NCBI RefSeq assembly: GCF_004376175.1
Contig: NZ_SNUY01000036.1
Coordinates: 8,828-40,827 of the forward strand
DNA from: Halalkalibacterium halodurans
Lineage (GTDB): Bacteria; Bacillota; Bacilli; Bacillales; Bacillaceae_D
DNA length: 32,000 bases
Reading direction: 5' to 3'
Shown: positions 8,155-15,788 of the stretch, one piece after another
Numbering within the stretch: position 1 is the first letter of the stretch
Layout of the letters: every line of letters begins with the position of its first letter
Made by a program: the position numbers and the translations under genes
The notes under the pieces: generated by a model
What the model was told of the DNA's origin: nothing
Seen by the model: only the letters and a program-made list of their open reading frames with translations
Database searches by the model: none

Positions 8155-8197
8155 GTATATACTATGTATATACAATAATAAAATGAGGGGTTATAAT
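8155..8197 (+). promoter_or_regulatory. mazEF promoter/operator: two GTATATAC palindromes 11 bp apart, overlapping a putative -35, plus a TATAAT -10
   Basis: GTATATAC occurs at 8155-8162 and 8166-8173, and each copy is self-complementary. TATACA (8169-8174), a 17-nt spacer and TATAAT (8192-8197) form a plausible sigma-A promoter. AbrB/MazE-fold antitoxins typically autorepress through such phased palindromes. Confidence 0.45.
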
Positions 8198-8228
8198 GAA
8201 TGTAGATGAAAATAAAGGAGTGACACTC

Positions 8229-8465
8229 ATGACTACTATACAAAAGTGGGGAAATAGTTTAGCTGTTCGTATTCCGAACCATTATGCTAAACATATTAAC
8301 GTTACGCAAGGATCTGAAATTGAACTAAGTTTAGGGAGTGATCAAACGATTATTTTAAAGCCTAAAAAAAGAAAGCCAACATTAGAGGAATTAGTGGCAA
8401 AAATCACTCCTGAAAATAGACATAACGAAATTGATTTCGGGAGAACAGGAAAGGAATTGTTGTAA
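8229..8465 (+). CDS. mazE: MazE/PemI-type antitoxin (AbrB/SpoVT-fold)
   Basis: I start at ATG 8229 (SD AAAGGAG at 8215-8221) rather than the track start at 8196, which overlaps the putative -10. The 78-aa product is MTTIQKWGNSLAVRIPNHYAKHINV...ITPENRHNEIDFG. It matches the E. coli MazE pattern (..KRWGNSPAVRIP.. and ..ITPENLHENIDWG..). Confidence 0.85.
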   Translation: MTTIQKWGNSLAVRIPNHYAKHINVTQGSEIELSLGSDQTIILKPKKRKPTLEELVAKITPENRHNEIDFGRTGKELL

Positions 8466-8795
8466 ATGCCAGTACCGGATAGAGGGAATCTTGTTTATGT
8501 AGACTTTAACCCACAATCGGGTCATGACCAAGCCGGGACACGACCGGCTATTGTTTTGTCCCCTAAATTATTTAATAAAAACACAGGTTTTGCCGTGGTT
8601 TGTCCAATTACCAGACAACAAAAAGGTTATCCTTTTGAAATAGAAATACCACCGGGGTTACCTATTGAAGGGGTTATTCTTACTGACCAAGTAAAAAGTC
8701 TGGATTGGAGAGCAAGAAACTTTCACATTAAAGGACAAGCACCAGAGGAAACTGTTACTGATTGTTTACAACTTATTCATACATTTTTATCTTAA
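8466..8795 (+). CDS. mazF: MazF/PemK-type endoribonuclease toxin
   Basis: 109 aa. PDRGNLVYVDFNPQSGHDQAGTRPAIVLSP..GFAVVCPITRQQKGYPFEIEI..GVILTDQVKSLDWRAR aligns closely with E. coli MazF (DMGDLIWVDFDPTKGSEQAGHRPAVVLSP...TTQSKGYPFEV...ADQVKSIAWRAR). Its ATG directly follows the mazE TAA. Confidence 0.9.
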   Translation: MPVPDRGNLVYVDFNPQSGHDQAGTRPAIVLSPKLFNKNTGFAVVCPITRQQKGYPFEIEIPPGLPIEGVILTDQVKSLDWRARNFHIKGQAPEETVTDCLQLIHTFLS

Positions 8796-9497
8796 ACACT
8801 CAACCAGGAGAGACTCTTCCCTTTGCGGACCATTTATTTTGTCGTAGTACAATGTAAAAAAAGTAAGCAAAATCATACAGCAGCCCCCCTCTCATAAAAA
8901 ATGGGAGCATATCACCTTCCTTTGCGACCCCTAATCTATTGCCTATCTATTAAAAATAGGCTTGATTTAGTAAAATGATTCATTTTGTTTTTAAATTGAT
9001 GAACTTTATATTGAATATGAACTCCCTCGTATTTCTGAGCCTATGGTGGTCATGATTGACTGGACTGCTCACAACAATAAGCTCGTTTCACCAGCCACCG
9101 ATTCTTTCTCCGGTGGTCGATTTGCTCGTAGAATCCCCTTACACAATGCAAAAGGCGTGTTCGACCTGATTTGACATTGGCTTTCCCCCATGATCGGACA
9201 ATGGTTGATAAAATTCGCGTTTATAAAATTCGAGATTTTTCGTTCTACCTTGACTTTTTTGATCATACATTGCTTAAGACAGCGGACAACGTCAACATTG
9301 GCAAAGATAAATATATTAATGCGTCATGTAGATTTTGCTCGAATTTCTTCGATTTATCTGCTTAAAGTCTTCCATTCCTTTGCAAATCGCATATGTCGAA
9401 AGACCTAAAGGGCGCTTATAATAAAAGAGTGTCGCAAAATGATTGGTTTAGTAATGCTTTAGGATATGTTTAGTCATATGAAAAGGAGATGATATCC

Positions 9498-9638
9498 GTG
9501 GCAATGGAACTGCATCAAATTCAGGACGAGCTACAATCATTTTTTGTCGAACGTTTAAATCGTGATCTTACGGAAAAAGAAATCAAGTTTATTCAATGGA
9601 TGGCATGCAAAGTTGAAGAGGAAGAAAAGATCAAATGA
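9498..9638 (+). CDS. Unlisted small ORF, 46 aa, hypothetical
   Basis: GTG at 9498 lies 8 nt after AAAGGAGA (9482-9489). Translation: VAMELHQIQDELQSFFVERLNRDLTEKEIKFIQWMACKVEEEEKIK. Its stop overlaps the next ATG (ATGA at 9635-9638). No family recognised. Confidence 0.35.
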   Translation: MAMELHQIQDELQSFFVERLNRDLTEKEIKFIQWMACKVEEEEKIK

Positions 9639-9772
9639 GCGACGATGATCTCGAGACATTCCCTTGTCCCTTTTTCCGGTTGTCTCATCATAGGAACGAT
9701 CATCAGTGGGAGATTGATGTTTTACTAGGACCAACAGGGCGCTACACAGATCGATTTCTTTCTATAATTTAA
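9635..9772 (+). CDS. Unlisted small ORF, 45 aa, hypothetical; start overlaps the preceding stop
   Basis: ATG at 9635 sits in an ATGA overlap. Translation: MSDDDLETFPCPFFRLSHHRNDHQWEIDVLLGPTGRYTDRFLSII. No independent SD, and no family recognised. Confidence 0.25.
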   Translation: MSDDDLETFPCPFFRLSHHRNDHQWEIDVLLGPTGRYTDRFLSII

Positions 9773-9844
9773 TACATTCCGTTTTATTTGTCGTAAGATT
9801 TTCTGATCATGCGTCCTGTCCTTTCCCTAAAACGATTCAACACA

Positions 9845-9882
9845 TTAAAAAAGTGCTGCCTCCCGTAACTGGAAACAGCATC
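9845..9882 (-). terminator. Rho-independent terminator of kdgA
   Basis: On the minus strand, TGCTGTTTCC-N7-GGAGGCAGCA forms a 10-bp stem with two G-U pairs that exist only on this strand. CTTTTTT follows, beginning about 10 nt after the kdgA stop. Confidence 0.75.
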
Positions 9883-9891
9883 TTTCTTCTC

Positions 9892-10536
9892 CTATTTCAT
9901 TCTTCCTTTCTCCACCTCTTTTACGTATGTTTCTGCTAGTGCCGTTAGCTCTTCCCACTGTTCGTTTTCAATGAACGACTGTTTGAGTAGAGATCCGCCC
10001 ACTCCGCACGCCACTGCACCTGCTTTGACAAACGCAGCGATGTTCGTCTCATCGATTCCACCTGTTGGCAAGATCGAGACGTGGGAAAGTGGACCTGCCA
10101 CATTTTTAATATAGCCTGGACCAACAACATTCGCGGGGAACACTTTGACAACATCCGCCCCCCATTCATAGGCCGTCTGAATTTCGGTCGGGGTGAAGGT
10201 GCCAGGAATGACCAACTTCCCGTAACGACGTGCTGTTTCAATCATCTCCCGCTTTAAGGTCGGAGTAAAAATGAAATCAGCGTCTGCCGCGATGGCTTGA
10301 TACGCCGCATGCCCGTCTAGCACGGTGCCTGCACCAATGGCCGCTCGCTCGCCGAACTCTTGTTTCGCTTCTTTTATAAGTTCATATGCCCCGTCCGATT
10401 CTACTGTGATTTCAATTCCTGTTACGCCACCTCTTACAAGAGCCTCAATCGCCGGCATTGCTTTCTCTTTTGGCAGCTTACGCACGACCGCCACTACACC
10501 TGATTCGAGTAATTTGTTAAACACCTTCTGTTTCAT
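9892..10536 (-). CDS. kdgA: 2-dehydro-3-deoxy-phosphogluconate (KDPG) / 4-hydroxy-2-oxoglutarate aldolase
   Basis: I shortened the track ORF (9892-10824). ATG at 10536 has an AAGGGGGA SD and gives 214 aa: MKQKVFNKLLESGVVAVVR...GVTGIEITV...GAGTVL...FIFTP...IPGTFTPTEI...GADVVKVFPA...PTGGI. These are the Eda-family motifs. The upstream 96 codons of the track ORF overlap kdgK in another frame. Confidence 0.9.
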   Translation of the reverse strand: MKQKVFNKLLESGVVAVVRKLPKEKAMPAIEALVRGGVTGIEITVESDGAYELIKEAKQEFGERAAIGAGTVLDGHAAYQAIAADADFIFTPTLKREMIETARRYGKLVIPGTFTPTEIQTAYEWGADVVKVFPANVVGPGYIKNVAGPLSHVSILPTGGIDETNIAAFVKAGAVACGVGGSLLKQSFIENEQWEELTALAETYVKEVEKGRMK

Positions 10537-10546
10537 GACATCCCCC

Positions 10547-11500
10547 TTATCGTAAAACGTCGGAACGGGCTTGCGAAAATGCTTCCAGCTGCTCTCGCTC
10601 CGGTAGTCCTTCCATGTCACCTTTTGCCATGACGACGAGCGCACCAATTTGTGTTCCGACCGAGACGGCTTCTTCCATTGACTTCCCTTCGAGTAAGCTG
10701 GCAAGGACACCAGCAGCAAATCCGTCACCAGCCCCAACGGGATCAACGACCTTATCCACTGGGCAGCTCGGTACAAATTGTGGCTCTTTACCTTCTTCCA
10801 TGAAGTGAGCCCCTTTGGCCCCATCTTTAATCACGACCCTTGTCGTCCGACCGGTCAAGAGCCTTGAAAACATTTGCGCTAGCTCATCGGTATCAAATAG
10901 AAACGCTGCTTCATCACGGCCTGGCATGACCAGATCTGCCTTACTTGCTAACGCCAGCAGCCTCTCCTTCCCATCTGGAACATTTGCGAGCAGCTTCATT
11001 CGCAGGTTCGGATCGAATGAAGCGAAAATCCCATTCTCTTTGGCAAAGTCTAGCACAGCATGACACAGTTCATAGCAAGAATCACTCAATAATGGCGTGA
11101 TTCCAGTGATATGGATGATTTTTGCCTGCTTCATGTACGCCCAGTTAATGTCCTCTACGCCTAAACGACTCGCGGCCGATCCTGCCCGATAATAATAAAC
11201 TCGATTGAAATCGTCACGAAGCTTTTCTTTTAAGTAGAGGCCAGTTGGTGCCCCGTCATCCAACACGACTTGAGATGTATCGACCCCTTCCCCGCGAATC
11301 GCGGAAATCACATATTTACCAAGCTCATCGTTCCCGACTTTGCTAACCCAGCCAACCGAATGGCCTAGCTTGGCGACACCAATGGCAACATTGGATTCCG
11401 CACCACCGACCCCTTTTTTAAAGCGGTCCACATAGCGTAAGGCGCCCATCTCCATCGGTTCGAATACGACCATTGTTTCCCCAAACGTGACAACATCCAT
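10547..11500 (-). CDS. kdgK: 2-dehydro-3-deoxygluconokinase (PfkB/ribokinase-family sugar kinase)
   Basis: 317 aa. N-terminal VVTFGETMV..GGAESNVAIG and C-terminal DPVGAGDGFAAG are PfkB signatures. Sits directly upstream of the KDPG aldolase. Confidence 0.85.
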   Translation of the reverse strand: MDVVTFGETMVVFEPMEMGALRYVDRFKKGVGGAESNVAIGVAKLGHSVGWVSKVGNDELGKYVISAIRGEGVDTSQVVLDDGAPTGLYLKEKLRDDFNRVYYYRAGSAASRLGVEDINWAYMKQAKIIHITGITPLLSDSCYELCHAVLDFAKENGIFASFDPNLRMKLLANVPDGKERLLALASKADLVMPGRDEAAFLFDTDELAQMFSRLLTGRTTRVVIKDGAKGAHFMEEGKEPQFVPSCPVDKVVDPVGAGDGFAAGVLASLLEGKSMEEAVSVGTQIGALVVMAKGDMEGLPEREQLEAFSQARSDVLR

Positions 11501-11567
11501 TTTGTTCGCCTCCCCATTGTTCCGTAATAAAGAACGGCGTTCCTGTTACTATTTTAAATAAAAAGGG

Positions 11568-12323
11568 CTACTTACGGTAGCCAATGTTTTGCGAAATGGC
11601 AGCAGCCGCCTGCTTTAGCCTTGGAATCAACGTTTGTAGTCGGGCATCTGTCATGCGAGCAAGTGGCCCTGTAATCGAAATCGCATAGGGTACTTGGCCC
11701 AGGTGGTTAAAAATGGGCGCCCCGATGCAGCGAATGCCTTCCTCGTGCTCTTCATTGTCCTCGGCATAACCGTCGGTGAGAACCTTTTGTAACGCTGCTT
11801 TAAAAGCTTCTGGTTCACTTATCGTATGACGCGTCAATGGCTGAAACGCCGCTTGCTCCACGTACTCTTGCAGCAAGGGCTCATCAAAATGAGCTGCAAT
11901 CACCTTCCCGACCGCCGTGCAATAAATCGGGGCACGCTTTCCGGTTCGTGAGTAAATGCGAATCGTTGACACGGCACTCTCCACTTTGTCAATATAGACG
12001 ACATCAAAGTGGTCGCGCATGACGAGATGACTAATTTCGCCACATTCTTCGGTGAGCGCTTCAAGAATCGGATGAGCTACAGCAACAATGTCCATGTTCT
12101 CCATGACCACTTGCTGCATTTCAAGAAACTTTAACCCTAGCGAGTAGCGGCTTGTTTCCCTGTCTTGTGTAACGTAGTCATACGTCTCCAATGTAGAAAC
12201 GAGCCGATGGGCGGTGCTTTTCGCTACATTCAGCTCAAGAGCCAATTCCGTGATCCCCAGCCCCTTCGGATGTTGTTTCAGGATGTCAAGAATCATTAAT
12301 GCACGGTCTACAGATTGTACCAT
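11568..12323 (-). CDS. IclR-family transcriptional regulator
   Basis: VQSVDRALMILDILKQHPKGLGITELALELNVAKSTAHRLVSTLE is an IclR wHTH, followed by an IclR effector domain. I prefer the ATG at 12323 (MVQSV..). The ORF-track ATG at 12353 has no SD and would lie only about 13 nt from the predicted transcription start. The start remains uncertain by 10 codons. Confidence 0.85.
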   Translation of the reverse strand: MVQSVDRALMILDILKQHPKGLGITELALELNVAKSTAHRLVSTLETYDYVTQDRETSRYSLGLKFLEMQQVVMENMDIVAVAHPILEALTEECGEISHLVMRDHFDVVYIDKVESAVSTIRIYSRTGKRAPIYCTAVGKVIAAHFDEPLLQEYVEQAAFQPLTRHTISEPEAFKAALQKVLTDGYAEDNEEHEEGIRCIGAPIFNHLGQVPYAISITGPLARMTDARLQTLIPRLKQAAAAISQNIGYRK

Positions 12324-12372
12324 CGTTTCACTCTTTTCCACTATACGGAACATTGTTCTTTATTATGATTTA

Positions 12373-12402
12373 ATTATAGGTGTCAATTGAAAGCGATGTC
12401 AA
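12373..12402 (-). promoter_or_regulatory. Sigma-A-like promoter (TTGACA-18 nt-TATAAT) for the IclR-kdgK-kdgA operon
   Basis: On the minus strand, TTGACA is the complement of 12397-12402 and TATAAT is the complement of 12373-12378. The spacer contains a second TTGACA and the palindrome TCAATTGA (12383-12390), a possible operator. Confidence 0.55.
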
Positions 12403-12563
12403 TAAAAACGTGCAAAGGGCACGCTCAAAACGTAGCAACGAGACCGAGACACCGGAGATAAAGAAAGCACGGTGGGCTTACAGCCGTTGATAACTGGCCG
12501 TTGTGCCGCTCCGTGTTTGGCGCCCTGCGCTAGTACATCCGGATATACTTTCTTCTACCTACT

Positions 12564-12594
12564 AAAGAACCGTCCCGTTTGAAGACGGTTCTTT
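12564..12594 (-). terminator. Hairpin terminator at the end of the reconstructed Nudix reading frame
   Basis: Perfect 11-bp arms, AAAGAACCGTC (12564-12574) and GACGGTTCTTT (12584-12594), with a 9-nt loop. The stem overlaps the TAA (12595-12593) of the frame-corrected Nudix ORF. The U-tract is weak. Confidence 0.5.
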
Positions 12595-13050
12595 ACTCAG
12601 GTTGGTTGTTAACGATGTGCTCGATTTGCTGCGGTAAGCCATGTTGACACGCCTTTAATCGGGAGGGCAAACATTCGGGCAAAATCGTGATTTCCTCTAG
12701 CTGCTCTAGGGTTGCCAGATAAACAATAGTGGTTCATCCCCTTCATGCTCATAGCCTTGGATCTCTGATTGTTTATAGATCTCGGCATGCTGAGGGAAAG
12801 ACAGCTCGTAATAAAATTCAATACTTTGCTCCAGCTCCCCTTCGTAGTCGAAAAAATTCTCAACGATCCAAAGAAGTCGTCCCACACGCGCAGGTAATCC
12901 GAGTTCTTCGCTACATTCTCTCACTAATGCATCGGCTGATGATTCCCGTTCAACTTCTCCGCCTGGCAAAACCCAAAAATCTAGGCAGCGGTGTAGCAAA
13001 ATACAATCGTTATGAATGGCCACCCCTGCCGCTCGAATTCGCGTCCGCAT
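12593..13050 (-). pseudogene. Nudix hydrolase with a 1-nt frameshift near codon 114; could instead be a sequencing error
   Basis: ORF 12706-13050 carries a complete Nudix box (GGEVERESSADALVRECSEELGL) but stops at ..LLFIWQP*. Shifting one base at 12709 continues with LEQLEEITILPECLPSRLKACQHGLPQQIEHIVNNQPE*, which ends at 12593 inside the terminator hairpin. That continuation reads like a plausible Nudix C-terminus (W-x-P-L-E-x-L..). Confidence 0.65.
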
Positions 13051-13453
13051 GGTGCCTACCTCCTTCCTTCTCTTGAACCAGTATGCTCGTTTTTGTCGCT
13101 ATCTACAAGGAGAACCGTAGAGATGGGGACAATGTTTTTATCTGCCAGCCAAATCAAACCGAAGATATGATTGTTACTAGCTTCAAATTGAAGAGTAATC
13201 TTTGTAAATTTCATTCCTTCAAATGCTTCTTTTATTTACGGCCCTGGAGGAAACCACTCTATTGGCGCCTTCCACGAATTCTTCAAGCGATCATCACTTT
13301 TGAGATCATATGGTCAAGGGAGAAGTGGGCTCATGGCGAACAATGAATTAGAAATGCTTTCATTCGTTTTCCTCTCTCATGGCATGTTTCTTTTGATTAA
13401 TCTGCACAAATATCACACTCTTCTTCCATTTCACTTCCTATTAAAAACAACTA

Positions 13454-13482
13454 TTGACAAAGACTCGGTTTCATTTTATGAT
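13454..13482 (+). promoter_or_regulatory. rbs operon sigma-A promoter (TTGACA-17 nt-TATGAT)
   Basis: TTGACA at 13454-13459, a 17-nt spacer, and TATGAT at 13477-13482, about 35 nt upstream of rbsR. Confidence 0.65.
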
Positions 13483-13485
13483 ATC

Positions 13486-13499
13486 TGTAACCGGTTACA
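13486..13499 (+). promoter_or_regulatory. Perfect 14-bp palindrome TGTAACCGGTTACA; a cre (CcpA) site and/or RbsR (LacI-family) operator
   Basis: Fits the cre consensus TGWAANCGNTNWCA at every position. Lies 3 nt downstream of the -10, where binding would block transcription initiation. Confidence 0.7.
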
Positions 13500-13517
13500 C
13501 ATATAGGCGGGATGAAC

Positions 13518-14531
13518 ATGACAACCATACGAGATGTAGCAAAGCATGCAAAGGTTTCAGTCGCCACTGTTTCCAGAGTCCTTAATAAAAAAGGCTATGT
13601 GAGCAAGGAAGCAGAAGAAGCCGTTTTACAGGCGATAAAAGAATTGAACTATCAACCGAGTTCCGTTGCACGGTCGCTCTACCATAAGACGTCTGGAATG
13701 ATCGGACTGCTGATTCCGGACATTTCCAACCCGTTTTTCCCTGAGCTAGCTCGTGCAGTGGAGGATGTAGCCTCGACTTATGGCTATACGGTCGTTCTTT
13801 GCAATACAGATGAAGAAATCGAAAAAGAGCGCAAGTACTTGCAAGCCCTCAAGCAAAAATATGTGGATGGGGTCATTTTGACGACGAGCTTTCTCCCGTA
13901 TAAGGAATATGAACAGCTCAACATCCCAATGGTCGCCCTTGACCGGTATGTAAACGAAAACATCCCCCTCGTCGCATCGCAAAATAAGGCGGGCGCGAGA
14001 TTGGCGACAGAACATTTACTTGAACAAGGCTGCCAATTTATCGCTCATATTCGCGGGCCAAAAGGGGTTACTCCTGCGGAGGATCGCTATGAAGGCTTTA
14101 AAGAAGTCGTTGAGGAACAAGAAGTAGCCAATATTGTCATAAGCGCTGACTTTCATATCGATGAAGCTCAGAAGGTAACGAAGGCTCTGCTTGAAACACA
14201 CCCGACCATTGATGGTATTTTTGCTAGTAGTGACGTTGTGGCTGCAGGCGCTATGAAGGCTGCTCATATGATGGGCAAGCGAATTCCTGATGATTTACAA
14301 ATTGTTGGCTTTGACGGCATTCCGTTAGGGAACATGCTCGTGCCATCATTAACAACGGTTGAACAGCCGATTTATGATCTAGGCGCTGTCTCGACGCGTT
14401 TGCTCATTAAACAAATCGAAAAGAAACCACTTGATACGTATCGATACGAAATTCCAACAAAATTAGTCGTCCGCGAAACGACAAAAGGGGGCGAAAATAG
14501 TGAAAACGCCGAACATTACCGTTGTCGGTAG
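13518..14531 (+). CDS. rbsR: LacI-family ribose operon repressor
   Basis: [29 protein letters not shown] is a LacI HTH, followed by a periplasmic-binding-protein-like domain. It is the first gene of the rbs operon. ATG 13518 has better SD spacing (GGCGGG) than ATG 13512. The 3' end overlaps rbsK by 32 nt. Confidence 0.9.
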   Translation: MTTIRDVAKHAKVSVATVSRVLNKKGYVSKEAEEAVLQAIKELNYQPSSVARSLYHKTSGMIGLLIPDISNPFFPELARAVEDVASTYGYTVVLCNTDEEIEKERKYLQALKQKYVDGVILTTSFLPYKEYEQLNIPMVALDRYVNENIPLVASQNKAGARLATEHLLEQGCQFIAHIRGPKGVTPAEDRYEGFKEVVEEQEVANIVISADFHIDEAQKVTKALLETHPTIDGIFASSDVVAAGAMKAAHMMGKRIPDDLQIVGFDGIPLGNMLVPSLTTVEQPIYDLGAVSTRLLIKQIEKKPLDTYRYEIPTKLVVRETTKGGENSENAEHYRCR

Positions 14532-15384
14532 CATCAATATGGATATGGTCACCATAACGGATGTTGTACCGGTTCAAGGAGAAACGGTCCTCGGTAAAGA
14601 TTTCCGCACCGTTCCAGGCGGAAAGGGGGCCAACCAGGCGGTAGCAGCCGCACGACTTGGCGCCAATGTGCGTATGATCGGGCGTGTGGGGGACGATCCG
14701 TTTGGCCATGTCCTCACAGAGAACTTGGCCAAGGAAGGGATTATCACCGACAGTGTGAAACCGGTTACAGATTGCACCTCTGGTGTTGCCACCATCCTAT
14801 TATCGGACCGGGATAACCGAATCATTGTCACAAAAGGGGCAAACGAGCATGTCACCCCGGATTATGTGGCAGCCTTTGAGCAGGAGTTAGCCGCTAGTGA
14901 TGTCGTTCTTTTGCAGCTTGAAATACCACTCGAGACCGTCGCCTATGTGCTTGAATTTTGTGCGAAACATCACGTGACGACGGTTCTTAATCCAGCGCCC
15001 GCTCAGAAGCTACCGGATGCGACTTGGACGGATGCAACGTATATAACGCCGAATGAAAATGAGTGCTTGCAGCTGTTTGGCGATGAGCCAGACGCTAACC
15101 TTCGTCAAAAATTGATCATGACCAAAGGGGCAGATGGCGTTCAGTTTTATGAAAACGATGAACAGGTTCAGGTGGAGAGCTTTCGCGTAGAACCTGTCGA
15201 TACGACAGGTGCGGGAGATACATTTAATGGCGCCTTCGCCGTTGCGCTAGGTGGGGGCACGGTAAAAGAAGCTGTTCGATTCGCCAATGCAGCGGCGGCA
15301 CTGTCCGTGCAGTCGTTCGGTGCACAAGGCGGCATGCCAACAAAGGCGCAAGTCCAATCGTTTTTGCAACAGCAAGGAGGATAA
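14500..15384 (+). CDS. rbsK: Ribokinase
   Basis: 294 aa. GTG start with an [37 protein letters not shown]...[14 protein letters not shown] are ribokinase/PfkB signatures. Confidence 0.93.
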   Translation: MKTPNITVVGSINMDMVTITDVVPVQGETVLGKDFRTVPGGKGANQAVAAARLGANVRMIGRVGDDPFGHVLTENLAKEGIITDSVKPVTDCTSGVATILLSDRDNRIIVTKGANEHVTPDYVAAFEQELAASDVVLLQLEIPLETVAYVLEFCAKHHVTTVLNPAPAQKLPDATWTDATYITPNENECLQLFGDEPDANLRQKLIMTKGADGVQFYENDEQVQVESFRVEPVDTTGAGDTFNGAFAVALGGGTVKEAVRFANAAAALSVQSFGAQGGMPTKAQVQSFLQQQGG

Positions 15385-15385
15385 T

Positions 15386-15775
15386 ATGAAAAAGCATGGT
15401 GTTTTAAATCGAGATATTGCTAGGGTTCTAGCTTCGTTAGGACATACAGATCAAATTGTTATCGCCGACTGCGGCTTACCGATTCCCGAGGATGTGGAAT
15501 GTATTGACGTTTCGTTAAAGCAAGGTGTTCCGAGCTTTGTGGAAGTGCTTGCAGAGATTTTAGCCGATATGGAAGTGGAAGGGTTGATTGCGGCAGAAGA
15601 AGTAAAGGAGCAAAACCCCGCCGTACATCGCGCCTTAACCGGAACGAACATTCCGATCCATTACCTACCTCATGAACAGTTTAAAGGTACGACATGCAAG
15701 GCGAAAGCGGTGATCCGCACAGGAGAGGTTACACCGTATGCGAATGTGATCCTACGATCTGGCGTGATTTTTTAA
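15386..15775 (+). CDS. rbsD: D-ribose pyranase
   Basis: ATG 15386 follows AAGGAGG. The 129-aa product is [34 protein letters not shown].., the RbsD signature. The longer track ORF (15287-) overlaps rbsK. Confidence 0.93.
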   Translation: MKKHGVLNRDIARVLASLGHTDQIVIADCGLPIPEDVECIDVSLKQGVPSFVEVLAEILADMEVEGLIAAEEVKEQNPAVHRALTGTNIPIHYLPHEQFKGTTCKAKAVIRTGEVTPYANVILRSGVIF

Positions 15776-15788
15776 GGGGGTGACACCT

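Noticed and set aside
9069-9410. Possible degenerate ISL3-like transposase C-terminus on the minus strand
   Set aside because: Only a few scattered residues can be aligned from memory to the transposase motif. I saw no inverted repeats or target duplications, so the idea is too weak to report as a mobile element.
9892-10824. 310-aa version of the KDPG aldolase ORF
   Set aside because: The first 96 codons overlap the 3' end of kdgK in another frame and look like noise (Ser/Trp/Lys-rich). ATG 10536 has an SD and yields a normal 214-aa Eda-family protein.
13083-13506. ORFs of 87 aa and 68 aa on the plus strand between the Nudix gene and rbsR
   Set aside because: They have no SD, implausible translations and no recognisable family. 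The region is the divergent promoter and leader space, and it contains the rbs promoter.
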